Positions 44,289 through 44,429 of a stretch of 44,429 nt of DNA are shown here, one piece after another (the first letter of the stretch is position 1; every line of letters starts with the position of its first letter). Under the pieces are notes generated by a model. It was given only the letters and a program-made list of their open reading frames with translations, had not been told where the DNA came from and did no database searches. The translations under genes and the position numbers were made by a program. This DNA comes from a virus. Lineage: Duplodnaviria; Caudoviricetes. The DNA lies in IMG/VR virus record IMGVR_UViG_3300049027_000045, positions 1 through 44,429 of that record; one strand, 5' to 3'.

Positions 44289-44429
44289 TCGGGTCGAAAA
44301 CCGGCGCGCCGACCGCCGCGCACCTGTGGCGCTGGGCCGAGGTGTGGGACCTAGGCTGCATCGCCTGCCGCCTGGCCGGCCTGGGCTGGGTCGCACCCGA
44401 GCAGGACCACCGCAACGTCGGCGACCTGG
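44285..44429 (+). CDS. Ref-like nuclease, 5' part (continues at window start)
   Basis: ATGA overlap with the upstream stop; MIGSKTGAPTAAHLWRWAEVWDLGCIACR. Confidence 0.75.
   Translation, partial: MIGSKTGAPTAAHLWRWAEVWDLGCIACRLAGLGWVAPEQDHRNVGDL
44304..44429. repeat. Direct terminal repeat, right copy
   Basis: Identical to 4-129. Confidence 0.95.

Noticed and set aside
1-44429. tRNA genes, DGR/reverse transcriptase, introns or inteins, stop-codon recoding
   Set aside because: None seen by eye; core genes are normal length and stops couple cleanly to downstream starts

Overview
This is an apparently complete, circularly permuted, high-GC dsDNA tailed-phage genome. Bases 4-129 equal 44304-44429, giving a 44,300-bp unit, and one gene runs across the junction. 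The virion module is podovirus-like: TerS, TerL, portal, scaffold, capsid, adaptor, a nozzle split over three genes, a GNAT, three ejection proteins, a 2485-aa polyvalent protein and a tail fibre. A GH108 endolysin/holin/spanin cassette follows. The early region is lambdoid-like (DUF1376 initiator, DnaB, ERF, exonuclease, SSB, RdgC, Ref-like nuclease, Cro-like HTH), but no integrase or CI repressor was recognised. RdgC, SSB and the DnaB N-terminus resemble Xanthomonadaceae proteins. Highlights: (1) the polyvalent protein carries peptidase, unknown, ParB, ART and GNAT modules, each closed by an (I/P)ASR linker, and hides small +1-frame genes with their own RBSs just before the peptidase and ART modules; (2) an Acb2 sponge domain is fused to a ~205-aa unknown region, and a RyR-domain gene sits among the head genes; (3) an AATGCG-NN-CGCAT palindrome is shared by the initiator gene and late loci; (4) there are several candidate structured or regulatory RNAs. 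All family calls come from motif recognition by eye; no searches were run.
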